DNA of 64,000 bases from Bacteroidales bacterium. GTDB taxonomy: Bacteria > Bacteroidota > Bacteroidia > Bacteroidales > WCHB1-69. A model generated the notes under the pieces. The model searched no databases. It was not told where the DNA came from and saw only the letters and a program-made list of their open reading frames with translations. Of the stretch, positions 47,501 through 53,884 are shown piece after piece. The stretch lies in contig JBGUYY010000086.1 in assembly GCA_045222555.1 (NCBI GenBank), forward strand, positions 46,390 through 110,389, in the 5' to 3' direction. The position numbers and the translations under genes were made by a program. Position 1 is the stretch's first letter, and every line of letters starts with the position of its first letter.

Positions 47501-49232
47501 CATAGATGTGCGGCACATCCTCATCCTGCAGGGTGAAGAAGACATCCACGAGGGTGCCCTGTTTGATAGAGCAGTTGTGGGCATCAGTACCACCGAGGAT
47601 AGTATCATTATATATAGTAGTATCGCAAGTGGGATTCGGCGAGAAGGTCACCGTATCACCAGTGGTGTTATAGGTGACGTATGCCGCGGTGTTGCTCCAG
47701 TTCAAAGTATAAGGAGCGGTACCGCCGGTAATTTCAGCAGTGATGACATGCAGGGTGTCGGTCATGCAGAAAATACCCATATCAGCGGTGTTGATGCTAT
47801 CGCCATCGAAAGTAACGATGGTGGCGGTAGCATGTTCATACACCACGAGGGTCACGCTGTCGCTGGTAGCGGGACAGGTGATGGCTGTATTATATACACT
47901 ATGGTAATTGGTGTCGATGACATTGGCATAGTAGATGCCGGAGTCAGCGAGGGCGATGGGATCGAGGGTGAGCGTGGTGCTCGTCTCGGTCAGCTGGTTG
48001 TCGCCGTGGAACCAATTGAAAGTGTCGTAAGCCTGATCAAGGGTGAGGGTGATGGCACCATCCTCGCACTGTTCGGTCGTGTCGGCCGTGACGTGCGGGG
48101 TAGGTGTGGCGTACACCTCAGTGAACACACGCACGGAGTCAAGGCTGGTACAGCCGCCTTCCGGATTGTAAGAGAAGGCATAGAACTCAGCGTTGGCGGT
48201 GATGTGCTGCGTGATAGTGGTATTGGTGTCGATGACATTGCCGAGGCCGTCATACCAGATGCATGATCCGGAGGCACCGGAATTCTGCGGGATGGCCACG
48301 AGGGTCACGTCGCCAGAGTCGCAGAGCTGGGTGAGGCTGTTCAGCGTGTCAAAGATCGGGGTGAGCGGGTCGATGACATGGAGGGTGAGGTTGATCACGC
48401 TGTCGATCGAGCTACCGCAGGAAGAGGTTCCGTTAAACGGAACGTAAGCGTCAGTTGTATCATGATCAAAGGTCACGCCATTGAGTGTGTAGGTCTGACC
48501 CACGCAGATGGAAACTTCCATCGGGATGGTGTCAGGCATCGGCTTCAGGGTATCTGAAGAGAGCTCGCCACACAGCTCGCTGGTATGACCACCCACATAG
48601 TAGCGCTGATCGTTATTGCAGTTAATGTTATCCCATTTGGTACCGCCGCATCTTCTGTAGAGATGGAGGACAATTTCGTAATTGCCATCCTCTCTGGGCT
48701 CAAGAATCAGACGGTGGGCTGAGTTAGCTGCATCTTTAAAGAATCTGACATAGAAGTAGTCAAATTCGTAGGGGTTGTTCTGACCGGGGAGGGTGATGCA
48801 GAAGTGACCGCTTCTGGCGCATTCCCGTCCGAGGGAGTCCAACAGCGGGGTGTAAGCGCCCGGGAAGCTACCGAAACCATTGCCGTTGTAGCAGTAGTCA
48901 TCGGTGTAGGAGCGACCCCACCATCTTTCAGCGCTTCCGATGTTGTATCGCGTCTCGAACTTGAACTCCACAAAGTAGCGGGTCAATGAATCGGTTTCGA
49001 TACGAGCGCCATCCTTCAAGATTTCCCATTCAATGGAAATCTGGTCGTCATCACTCAGACCCAGCGCATCGAAGCAGGCGTCAGGAATCAGATAAACCGT
49101 GTCCTGAACCCCCACCTGAGGCGTGAGATTGGCGGGTGAGAGCGTCAAACCAGAAGGTGTTTGAGCCTTCACGCCAAGGCTGAGCACAGCCAAAAGCACA
49201 CTAAAAATGCAAAAAGATACAACTTTTTTCAT
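38553..49232 (-). CDS. giant (3,559 aa) T9SS-secreted surface protein with SprB-type repeats and about 20 HYR-like modules
   Basis: Start trimmed to MKKVVSFCIFSVLLAVLSLGVKAQ. SprB-type repeats are present (e.g. VICSGDANGIVDIMVKDGVRPY, VKCYGESNGNMAVTIAGGTADY). About 20 modules each end in D-x-CGN...I-x-V-x-D-x-x-x-P. The type A CTD is VVAYPNPARDYVTV...GVYMVTARS...KRVVIVR. The frame is uninterrupted. Confidence 0.85.
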   Translation of the reverse strand: MKKVVSFCIFSVLLAVLSLGVKAQTPSGLTLSPANLTPQVGVQDTVYLIPDACFDALGLSDDDQISIEWEILKDGARIETDSLTRYFVEFKFETRYNIGSAERWWGRSYTDDYCYNGNGFGSFPGAYTPLLDSLGRECARSGHFCITLPGQNNPYEFDYFYVRFFKDAANSAHRLILEPREDGNYEIVLHLYRRCGGTKWDNINCNNDQRYYVGGHTSELCGELSSDTLKPMPDTIPMEVSICVGQTYTLNGVTFDHDTTDAYVPFNGTSSCGSSIDSVINLTLHVIDPLTPIFDTLNSLTQLCDSGDVTLVAIPQNSGASGSCIWYDGLGNVIDTNTTITQHITANAEFYAFSYNPEGGCTSLDSVRVFTEVYATPTPHVTADTTEQCEDGAITLTLDQAYDTFNWFHGDNQLTETSTTLTLDPIALADSGIYYANVIDTNYHSVYNTAITCPATSDSVTLVVYEHATATIVTFDGDSINTADMGIFCMTDTLHVITAEITGGTAPYTLNWSNTAAYVTYNTTGDTVTFSPNPTCDTTIYNDTILGGTDAHNCSIKQGTLVDVFFTLQDEDVPHIYVNGDSAAAFPSTSTNCSYLMPDLTPLIDSIVDHCGTATWAQTIAANTEIFNDTTAWIVATDNCGHQDSTEIRIAIQPNFATVTITTFDGDSITAADNGIFCMTDVDHVVTADITDGTAPYTLNWSNTTATHTISGNIATVTFTGTPTCDTITIADTILSGTDARGCAIIMGTLIDVFYVLEDTDVPHIFMAHTDTTAAPSYDGDCSYLIPDVTPLVDSVTDACGTVTWAQSIAANTRIYRDTTLWVVATDNCGHKDSTEVTVTIPYVHVSATDSVFQHVICSGDANGIVDIMVKDGVRPYSVTISLVSETTTYTQTGGYDADTTFRFEGLVKGLWAVAITDANGCTYQADTLDVSSPNILELDTANVMNLTCWKNASGNFDYNLTGGSMPYVVKLEGPVTMDTTINDNNTYHVANLEAGDYVLSVVDGHDCKDTIRFTLTEPDSLQITALTILNHVKCYGESNGNMAVTIAGGTADYTFTWNDSLNNAVRTETRSDLADTTGRILPAGVYTIHVTDVNNCPCVDWNDTIKQNDSLQVVSIVTPNATECPYQGTYDVTATVAGGTTNHTFTWTVNGTDYPIASNSNLTDTYTYTETDPAVCDTTFNITFKVVDDSLCEATKNADQFQIVDVTNPVIAGAIADTIVIGCDRSAATVPAPVDNFADLIALGLDTITDNCTTVATDFTVTFADDTTDVACVDKAKATILRTYTVADKCGNAATVAYTITVKDTVAPTFTRPNDTIVYKDSTCNADIAVTATGDVLDENDNCSTGIEATYTDVVVASATCVNSDTILRTWHLEDECGNAAADQVQRITIVDTIHPWFTRAPKNDTAYCVDNDLDAKRILFKSYPRFTDNCAGVRMDVALDSIDTLCNNMTTIEYYTFTLTDTCGLTTIAKANIYTLDTVPPVLTQPWFNVTIYDCATSDDDYLNWKNNIHITDHCNDTCWLENFVYYRTHPSAPCTSSFIDTAYWYFTDGCNVDSAMSVFTIDDVTPPYMVVGPQVEVEVECDGHGNLDTLKSWINHVQYVDECDDDITVEIYYINGTSRELFDTTTLSSDGKHYVGWQGDDCDGRYTIEWIAKDCRGNTSTPVIEHFRIIDRVGPQYDAPENDTVDCSNWEADFTAWLTIPDAGDSCQQTTYPVTNNSATAPFYNGCRVYSSREIFGTKYITFTSVDACGNRTQYDRQFTVIDTTAPVITYVSGDTMPNDTIYYNAGCDALESVNEAMTSTTWTFDTLGNPGDTLANFLASHTSLGISNITDCAYPVGILTIRRNDLNVTPTLVMRDDCVTIYKVSYIIKDHCGNADTIYQNVVVTDSTKPQVTHFSTDVELSSSCTFTFPTYDNVDDLIAAGAGITDCPRDGVLSVTNVDTLYSGSLATCDSTIMCVYTITDGCGNSSLLVDTIHVVDHIAPVVNGPTPKDTVYMTATCDAVTADTAARYAALTDTSLYSGYNWTMSFDECSGITITRGTSEVTEANCPEKTIVTTFHVTDCFNNETTFMDTLYVMDTVKPVVATFEHNDTIYLVEPGCTFTVPDAILNIATYKDLYNLDNGYSVTECRLDSNTLVTAATDATLVSDTTAPGCSRIVHLYYKVQDLCGNISDGKFTLNVVIMDTTKPAIEFTNIQNDTVYRKANCDLPDLGTTYWTNGDDAYNHGYDITDCNIDLSSANLTRFPQRQEDEGCNNIKVTVPYTIADSCGNVSDTLYQYIIAVDTVKPVVDDSYIHTIDTVQDANCGVYALQIVLDIDTYKKLYDFDNHYTVTECKLDSNELITDHIDTTDDACTRYVHYYYRVQDACGNISDNMFTLSVKYDDKLAPVVTAPATLDEDTTYMTYPQCTSTDTTGLHWTALTDAIAHGYSFTDCHLDPTTFTQTRTATWKHFGCYSVDTVYYTVADSCGNVSEEFIQAIRMMDTSVPVVVTPTIKDSIIEMDETSANCLGHDVDPFTTYAQVIAFDPTFEVEDCNVGNTSEVYVTDEDTTAISCERVVTRVYKIADSCGNISNTTFTHLIRIQDVTAPVLSFTELPGDTSYMNDHPDCDLNADAEFTTVSDLLAAYTSYTVTDCNLDNNMTCVADTSYTALTNLPYIAKIHRVYTIADTCGHSTDFTHDIFVRDTNNPIITTEYTDALTNLPKVKDSLLYSAAGDCNPTRPAVFTTVAEALAYLGMTSIEDCELKNELTYTEVRSAGTCPDTIARTYTVVDSTGNESQFMQYIYIYDTVKPEITGTLASALVYTDDNCGYSLSGVDVYDDSTLLVGAGLTINDCHRVTVTHTDVETRNGQGCENDNYVTRTYTVTDECGNANTAVQIINIKDTTRPTLDVTALGDVAATSIGNCTFTIPDVSDSIRAHYTDNCTSAAMEITQSPAVDDVITDTTIVTLTYKDTCGNTNTATIRVTVPAPLVIDSVRMDSVSCHSMVDGNIMVWVSGGTDNDTVSIWLGGSQVLSDQITDNYTVFTGVAAGTYTVKAVDADGCHAADSTIEVLQPDTLVVTLDITDLSDNSLTENCDNVDFRLKTNLPLGQQGTPNYSYTWSYVKNGDTTQLTGTGWDDQTDVNVTTITSGNLSNFAEGEYKFMVEVVDARGCSDTASAMLTIYPTYEFHDTARVCISKLPFTWTGHTDRAIDPVVIDGTVITVNDTVYLIHDSLQTIHGCDSVWILHLTVTDDAYLLVRDMNNNADASTLQEREIRGSFETGNYAAGTKGFEIFVDRNCMNCTNVKVGFHYTMFRIVGTDTIEITSDVDDYFTPTFRTYMDQYSLNAQTFTTAPVVIPSDYPSIGMGVSAGNHYNYFDLCWLTPEYNCTFTFLTNSGNGYLYGRPNTIAFTQFRQPGEYMIHVEMVEYTGGSAWGGEGYCHDDGKVGGQNATPTSRVISSANIFMTVTGEPISTSTPFVNPMEGVVTVDPLGNVPTVVAYPNPARDYVTVELNGFQGETSVILSDGNGKALSNTNINIDSDATPIIKINTSDFAQGVYMVTARSKDVVVTKRVVIVR
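41778..42992 (-). repeat. intragenic tandem duplication of a two-module (about 200-205 codon) HYR-like unit
   Basis: ORF residues about 2099-2304 and 2305-2503 share their order and motifs: DTVKPVV, YK(D/K)LY(N/D)(L/F)DN(G/H)Y(S/T)VTEC(R/K)LDSN, Y(K/R)VQD(L/A)CGNISD, AxxHGYxxTDC, ADSCGNVS. Confidence 0.7.
46704..47831 (-). repeat. intragenic tandem duplication (2 x about 188 codons) inside the giant surface-protein gene
   Basis: ORF residues 486-674 and 675-861 align without gaps. My hand alignment gives 117 of 188 identical positions. DNA identity runs are visible, e.g. ttcagtgctgtcttgatgaccgcagttgtcagtagc near 47281-47316 against ttcagtgctgtctttatgaccgcagttgtcggtagc near 46725-46760. Confidence 0.8.
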
Positions 49233-49335
49233 AATCGAGAAATTTATATTTTTATTATTTTTATTCCTTTTCTTACTATCTATCAATAACTTATATTTTT
49301 AGTCTATAAAAATTATCTTTCTATTACCCATTCTG

Positions 49336-49343
49336 CAAAAATA
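49336..49343 (-). promoter_or_regulatory. Bacteroidetes -7 promoter element (TAnnTTTG)
   Basis: TATTTTTG, 103 nt upstream of the giant gene's ATG (49232). This implies a long A/T-rich 5' leader. Confidence 0.45.
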
Positions 49344-49615
49344 CAACATTTTTCTTAATTACGTTGAATTTTCTTTTTTGTTAGCTTTTTTTTTGAATCA
49401 GTTTTTTTTTGCAATGCCTGATTTTACTTGCTTCTCGCTCAAAATGAGCGACTAACGCTCCCCTTTCATCATCTTTTACAGCTATTGCTAACAGGTTGAA
49501 GTGAAAAAAAAATCGCATCTTCCTCTTTTTTTCTACAAAAATAGAGCGGTTAGATGTGATTTTCTCCTTATAGTTTAAGGGAAATCCTAACAAATAAAGG
49601 AAAAGAATGCCTCCG

Positions 49616-50464
49616 TTAGCCCAACAACACGCAGGCGAGCCAATAGATGGCGGCGACAGGGATGGCCAGCAGGGCTGAATCGAATCGGTCGAGCACTCCA
49701 CCATGTCCGGGAAGAATCGAGCCAGAGTCTTTCACCGAACAACTGCGTTTGAACAGAGATTCCACAAGGTCGCCCAGCGTGGCGAACAGCACAACGAAGA
49801 AAGCGAAACCCGTCCAAAGCCACGGGGAGGAGAAAACTCCATGGAAAAAGGGAATCCAATAGAAGCTGACAGAGATAGCCACTGTAAGGACGAGGGAGAT
49901 GACAAAGCCCTCAATTGTTTTTTTAGGGGAAATGCGTTCAAAGAGTTTATGCTTCCCAAACAGTCTGCCCGAACAATAGGCCAGTGTATCGCCCAGCCAG
50001 ATGATGATAAAGATGGCGAGGGCCACAGCGACCTGTTGACAACCCAAAAGCAAACCGATGACAGAGAACGGCACAGCCACCCAAAGCATCGGCAACAGTG
50101 AGAGGGAGACATTGCCTATGGGGTTGGCATGACCACGGAACAATTCCACAACAAGCAGCACCACCCCAAGAAGAAGCAGCACCACACATCCTGCTGCCAG
50201 CACATACGTCTCCCACAACCCCGGAAGGACAACCATCATCTGGAAAATGGAAAAAAAAGTCGCCGAAAGAAGTAATGCCATCGGCAGATTGCCCTCCATA
50301 CCAGCATTGCGCGCCATCCGAATCAATTCGTAGGTGCCCACCACTGTAAAGAAAAGAAACAGAAGGTAGAAAAAAACACTACTTTTCTCATAGCAGAGCA
50401 TTGACCCCACCACAGCTGCGATGAAAACCAATCCTGTTACCGTACGAATGAGCAGATTTTTCAA
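49616..50464 (-). CDS. cdsA: phosphatidate cytidylyltransferase
   Basis: 282 aa, polytopic. C-terminal signature SLFKRSCSVKDSGSILPGHGGVLDRFDS. Confidence 0.92.
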   Translation of the reverse strand: MKNLLIRTVTGLVFIAAVVGSMLCYEKSSVFFYLLFLFFTVVGTYELIRMARNAGMEGNLPMALLLSATFFSIFQMMVVLPGLWETYVLAAGCVVLLLLGVVLLVVELFRGHANPIGNVSLSLLPMLWVAVPFSVIGLLLGCQQVAVALAIFIIIWLGDTLAYCSGRLFGKHKLFERISPKKTIEGFVISLVLTVAISVSFYWIPFFHGVFSSPWLWTGFAFFVVLFATLGDLVESLFKRSCSVKDSGSILPGHGGVLDRFDSALLAIPVAAIYWLACVLLG

Positions 50465-50501
50465 ATCCTATTTATTTATTGTATATATAAAATATGTAAA
50501 G

Positions 50502-51224
50502 CTAATAATTGTTTTGTCCATCTACCACAAGAAGGAGGGAGAAATGCGGGGAAGTAGAAGAGATGGCATTGTCGTCCACTGAAGAGGGCCGGATAATCTC
50601 AAGCATATCGAAATCGAAATCAGACTCCTCGATGCGGTTTTCTTTTTGCTGGGTGGTATGCGTGAGCTTAGTCAGAGTATGGAGGTCAGGGATGATGCGG
50701 GAAGACTGGCTCAGCACGATGATATTGCGAGCGAGGTTGCGGATAGAGGGGTATAGCATGAGACCTCCGCGCTGCGAAAGCACGATGCTGCCCGTGCGGG
50801 CAATGAGAAACTCGGCGTACACAATGACCGCGTCCACCGGCTCAGAATTTCGGATATAGTCGATGGTGGGGATATTGAAATTGGAAAGCACAGGGGCAAG
50901 ATGGGGAGAGGTATTGAGCACGGTCATGCAGCGGCTGGCCTCCAATTCATAATCTTTCAGATAGCCATATACATTTTTCTGAAACTGGGAAGCGTAGGCA
51001 CGGTCATTCATCCGACTGACATCCATCTCAAAAGGCACAAGTTTACCGCCTGCAGCCTCAAAGTTCTGCTTAAAGCATTTCAGCATATCGGGAATTGGGG
51101 GGAACAATTCCTGTTCCATGTTAATATCCGGAACATGCACGGGGGTAGCCAATGCTTTTCTGATCGACTGGCAGATTTTGTCCTTGGCATTGCCCAAGCC
51201 ATCGAATGAATTACTCTTTTCCAT
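50502..51224 (-). CDS. LUD-domain (LutC/YkgG-like) protein
   Basis: Start trimmed to MEKSNSFDG, which overlaps the ftsH stop by 14 nt. The pattern AEFLIARTGSIVLS...NIIVL is typical of LUD domains. The family call has moderate support. Confidence 0.6.
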   Translation of the reverse strand: MEKSNSFDGLGNAKDKICQSIRKALATPVHVPDINMEQELFPPIPDMLKCFKQNFEAAGGKLVPFEMDVSRMNDRAYASQFQKNVYGYLKDYELEASRCMTVLNTSPHLAPVLSNFNIPTIDYIRNSEPVDAVIVYAEFLIARTGSIVLSQRGGLMLYPSIRNLARNIIVLSQSSRIIPDLHTLTKLTHTTQQKENRIEESDFDFDMLEIIRPSSVDDNAISSTSPHFSLLLVVDGQNNY

Positions 51225-53343
51225 CTTGGTTGGTATTATCTTGCATATTGGTATTGGAGGAAGTCTCCTCCGGTTTGCTTTCGTCAGGAGCATTTTCTGA
51301 CACGGCCGACTGCTCTGAAGCGCTGTCTGATGGACGTTTGCCATAGATTCGCTCCAAGTCATCTGCGAAAATCACCTCTTTGTCTATGAGGATTTGCGCC
51401 AGTACATTCAGCTGATCCTTATGGGTTTCAAGGATTTCCTTGGCCTTGGCGTATGCTGACTCCACGAGTTCATGCACTTGAGTATCGATAGATTCTGCAG
51501 TTTTTTCGCTGTAGGGGCGCTGGAAGGCGTAATCGCTTTGTCCGGTGGAATCGTAGTAGCTGAGGTTGCCGATGGTTTTGTTTAGGCCGTAGTAAGCGAC
51601 CATGGCGTAGGCCATTTTGGTAACCCGTTCAAGATCGTTGAGGGCGCCTGTGGAGACCTCTCCGAAGATGACGTCTTCGGAGGCGCGGCCAGCCACGAGG
51701 GTACACATCTCGTCGAACATCTGTTCGAAAGTGGTGATCTGCCGTTCTTCGGGGAGGTACCAGGCCGCGCCGAGGGCTTTGCCACGCGGCACGATGGTGA
51801 CCTTGACGAGTGGGGAGGCGTGTTTGAGCAGCCAGCTGACGGTGGCATGTCCGGACTCATGATAAGCGATAACCCGTTTTTCTTGTGGGGAAATGATGCT
51901 GCTTCGTTTTTCCAGTCCGCCTATGATACGGTCAATAGCGGCGAGGAAGTCCTCCTTGCCGATAGATTTCTTCGAGTTGCGGGCAGCGACGAGGGCGGCC
52001 TCATTGCACACGTTGGCGATGTCGGCACCTGAGAAGCCCGGAGTCTGTTTCGCGAAGAAGTCGAGGTCAACGTCGGCATCGAGTTTGAGGTTACGGACGT
52101 GAACCTGGAAGATGCCTTTGCGTTCGTTCAGGTTGGGGAGTTCCACATGGATCTGTCGGTCGAAGCGCCCTGCGCGGAGAAGTGCGCGGTCGAGGATGTC
52201 GGCGCGGTTGGTGGCGGCGAGGATGATGACTCCCGCGTTGGTGGAGAAGCCGTCCATCTCGGTAAGCAGCTGGTTGAGGGTGTTTTCGCGCTCGTCGTTG
52301 GCGCCGCTGATGGCGTTGCGACCGCGTGCGCGGCCGATGGCGTCGATCTCGTCGATGAAGATGATGCAAGGAGCTTTCTCTTTGGCGGTTTTGAAGAGGT
52401 CGCGCACGCGGGAAGCCCCCACGCCGACGAACATCTCCACAAAGTCGGAGCCTGACAGAGAGAAGAAAGGCACCTTGGCCTCACCGGCCACAGCCTTGGC
52501 CAGCAAGGTCTTACCCGTACCTGGAGGGCCTACCAGCAATGCACCTTTGGGAATTTTACCACCCAAAACTGTATATTTCTTGGGGTTTTTCAAGAAGTCC
52601 ACAATTTCTTCCACCTCTTCCTTCGCCCCTTCCAGACCAGCGACATCCTTAAAGGAGACGCCCTGTGCAGTCTTGCTGTCATACACTTGGGCCTTTGACT
52701 TGCCGATGTTGAACATTCCGCCTCCCATGCTGCCTCGCATAGAGCGAGCCATCATGACAAAGAGCAGGATGATGAACACCATGGGGAGCATCCAGAGGAG
52801 CAGTTCGCCTCCCCATGCTTTGGAGTTGTCCTGTTCCACCGAGAAGAGATATTCGTCGCGAAGGTTATCGGCGATCACTTCACGATCGGGGATGGGGGTC
52901 TTAGCATTTACAGCAGTATCAGCCACCAGCTGCAAACGAGCCACTGAGTCGGCGGCGCGGCGGCGGCACTCCATAGAGATCCATTCATTCAGTTCATCTC
53001 TAAATGCTTTGTAATCTGACTGTTCAATGGAGTAATGCGGACCATCGAGATTCTTCTCTCGGAATTGGGCGAAATCGCTTTTAGCATCAATACTCTCCTT
53101 TTTCAGATAGACCATCACCTTCTCGTCTTTCTGCACATACACGGCTTTCGCCACATCCTTATTCAGCACAAGTTCCTTCAACTCAAGATCTGAAATCGAG
53201 TCTACGCGCACGTTAGAACGCCCGCCCCAAAAATAGTACACTAAAAGAGCCGCAGCAATCACCAGATAGATCCACGTCCAGTTGAATTTGAATTTATTGT
53301 TTCGGTTATTCCCTTCAGGGCGCTGCATTTTTTTGTTTTCCAT
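51211..53343 (-). CDS. ftsH: ATP-dependent zinc metalloprotease FtsH
   Basis: 710 aa. Walker A GPPGTGKT, Walker B IIFIDEID, the SRH region, and the zinc motif HESGH. Confidence 0.97.
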   Translation of the reverse strand: MENKKMQRPEGNNRNNKFKFNWTWIYLVIAAALLVYYFWGGRSNVRVDSISDLELKELVLNKDVAKAVYVQKDEKVMVYLKKESIDAKSDFAQFREKNLDGPHYSIEQSDYKAFRDELNEWISMECRRRAADSVARLQLVADTAVNAKTPIPDREVIADNLRDEYLFSVEQDNSKAWGGELLLWMLPMVFIILLFVMMARSMRGSMGGGMFNIGKSKAQVYDSKTAQGVSFKDVAGLEGAKEEVEEIVDFLKNPKKYTVLGGKIPKGALLVGPPGTGKTLLAKAVAGEAKVPFFSLSGSDFVEMFVGVGASRVRDLFKTAKEKAPCIIFIDEIDAIGRARGRNAISGANDERENTLNQLLTEMDGFSTNAGVIILAATNRADILDRALLRAGRFDRQIHVELPNLNERKGIFQVHVRNLKLDADVDLDFFAKQTPGFSGADIANVCNEAALVAARNSKKSIGKEDFLAAIDRIIGGLEKRSSIISPQEKRVIAYHESGHATVSWLLKHASPLVKVTIVPRGKALGAAWYLPEERQITTFEQMFDEMCTLVAGRASEDVIFGEVSTGALNDLERVTKMAYAMVAYYGLNKTIGNLSYYDSTGQSDYAFQRPYSEKTAESIDTQVHELVESAYAKAKEILETHKDQLNVLAQILIDKEVIFADDLERIYGKRPSDSASEQSAVSENAPDESKPEETSSNTNMQDNTNQDGKE

Positions 53344-53363
53344 CGTAAAAAGTTAGGATGAGA

Positions 53364-53744
53364 TTAAAAATGTTGGATATCGGCATCGCTCCAGAGGTTT
53401 TCCAGCTGGTAGAATTCACGGAACTCAGGCTGGAAGATATGGACGATGATATCGAAATAGTCGAGGAGAATCCATTCGCCATTGGCGACACCTTCCACGA
53501 AAGTGGGAAGGACTCCGGCCTCACGCTTGGTAACCTCCTGCACATAATCGCACAGCGTTTCGAGGTGCGTTCTTGAAGTTCCCGAGCAGATGACGAATTT
53601 GTCAAAATATACATGATTGATTTTTTTCAGGTCGATGACGGTGACATCCTCCCCTTTTTTCTCTAACATAGCCTGAACAATCAGCTCACTCAAATCCCCT
53701 TTGAAGAGGTCTTTTTTCTTAGTAGCGACTTTAATTTTTCCCAT
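53364..53744 (-). CDS. rsfS: ribosome silencing factor RsfS (iojap family)
   Basis: 126 aa. Motifs DYFVICSGTS-like FDKFVICSGTSRTH and WILLDYFDIIVHIF. Confidence 0.9.
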   Translation of the reverse strand: MGKIKVATKKKDLFKGDLSELIVQAMLEKKGEDVTVIDLKKINHVYFDKFVICSGTSRTHLETLCDYVQEVTKREAGVLPTFVEGVANGEWILLDYFDIIVHIFQPEFREFYQLENLWSDADIQHF

Positions 53745-53768
53745 TTACCTATTTTATGAATTAGCTTG

Positions 53769-53776
53769 CAAAAGTA
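53769..53776 (-). promoter_or_regulatory. Bacteroidetes -7 promoter element (TAnnTTTG)
   Basis: TACTTTTG, 24 nt upstream of the rsfS ATG. Confidence 0.55.
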
Positions 53777-53843
53777 CAAAAATAAAATTGATTTTCGCAT
53801 CTTAAAAAATGAAAGAAGTGTTTCAAAATCAAAAAAAAATGTC

Positions 53844-53851
53844 TAATTTTG
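53844..53851 (+). promoter_or_regulatory. Bacteroidetes -7 promoter element (TAnnTTTG)
   Basis: TAATTTTG, 33 nt upstream of the first S1 endopeptidase gene. Confidence 0.55.
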
Positions 53852-53884
53852 CCAGCTTATTTTCTTTAGCGTAAAAAATAGCGT

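Noticed and set aside
38553-49232. The many D-(S/T)-(A/I/L/V/M/T) tripeptides in the giant protein, considered as evidence of heavy Bacteroidetes-type O-glycosylation.
   Set aside because: The protein is extremely rich in D, T, V and I, so the three-residue sequon is expected very often by chance. Without a composition-corrected count the observation carries no weight.
49233-49286. N-terminal extensions offered by the ORF track. Here it is MIDSKKRNKNNKNINFSI before the signal peptide. The same occurs at 7414..7446, 9596..9706, 10482..10526, 21022..21072, 30859..30900, 34754..34825, 51225..51362 and 62235..62438.
   Set aside because: In each case an internal ATG gives a canonical signal peptide or family-typical N-terminus. 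The extension either overlaps the upstream gene or would lie upstream of the TAnnTTTG box. Starts were trimmed accordingly, and the exact starts remain predictions.
49435-49451. A perfect 7-bp hairpin (tcgctca aaa tgagcga) downstream of cdsA, considered as its terminator. A longer imperfect hairpin at about 49512..49557 was also considered.
   Set aside because: No U tract follows on the minus-strand transcript, and the loop of the second structure is about 28 nt. I cannot call either a Rho-independent terminator or a structured RNA.
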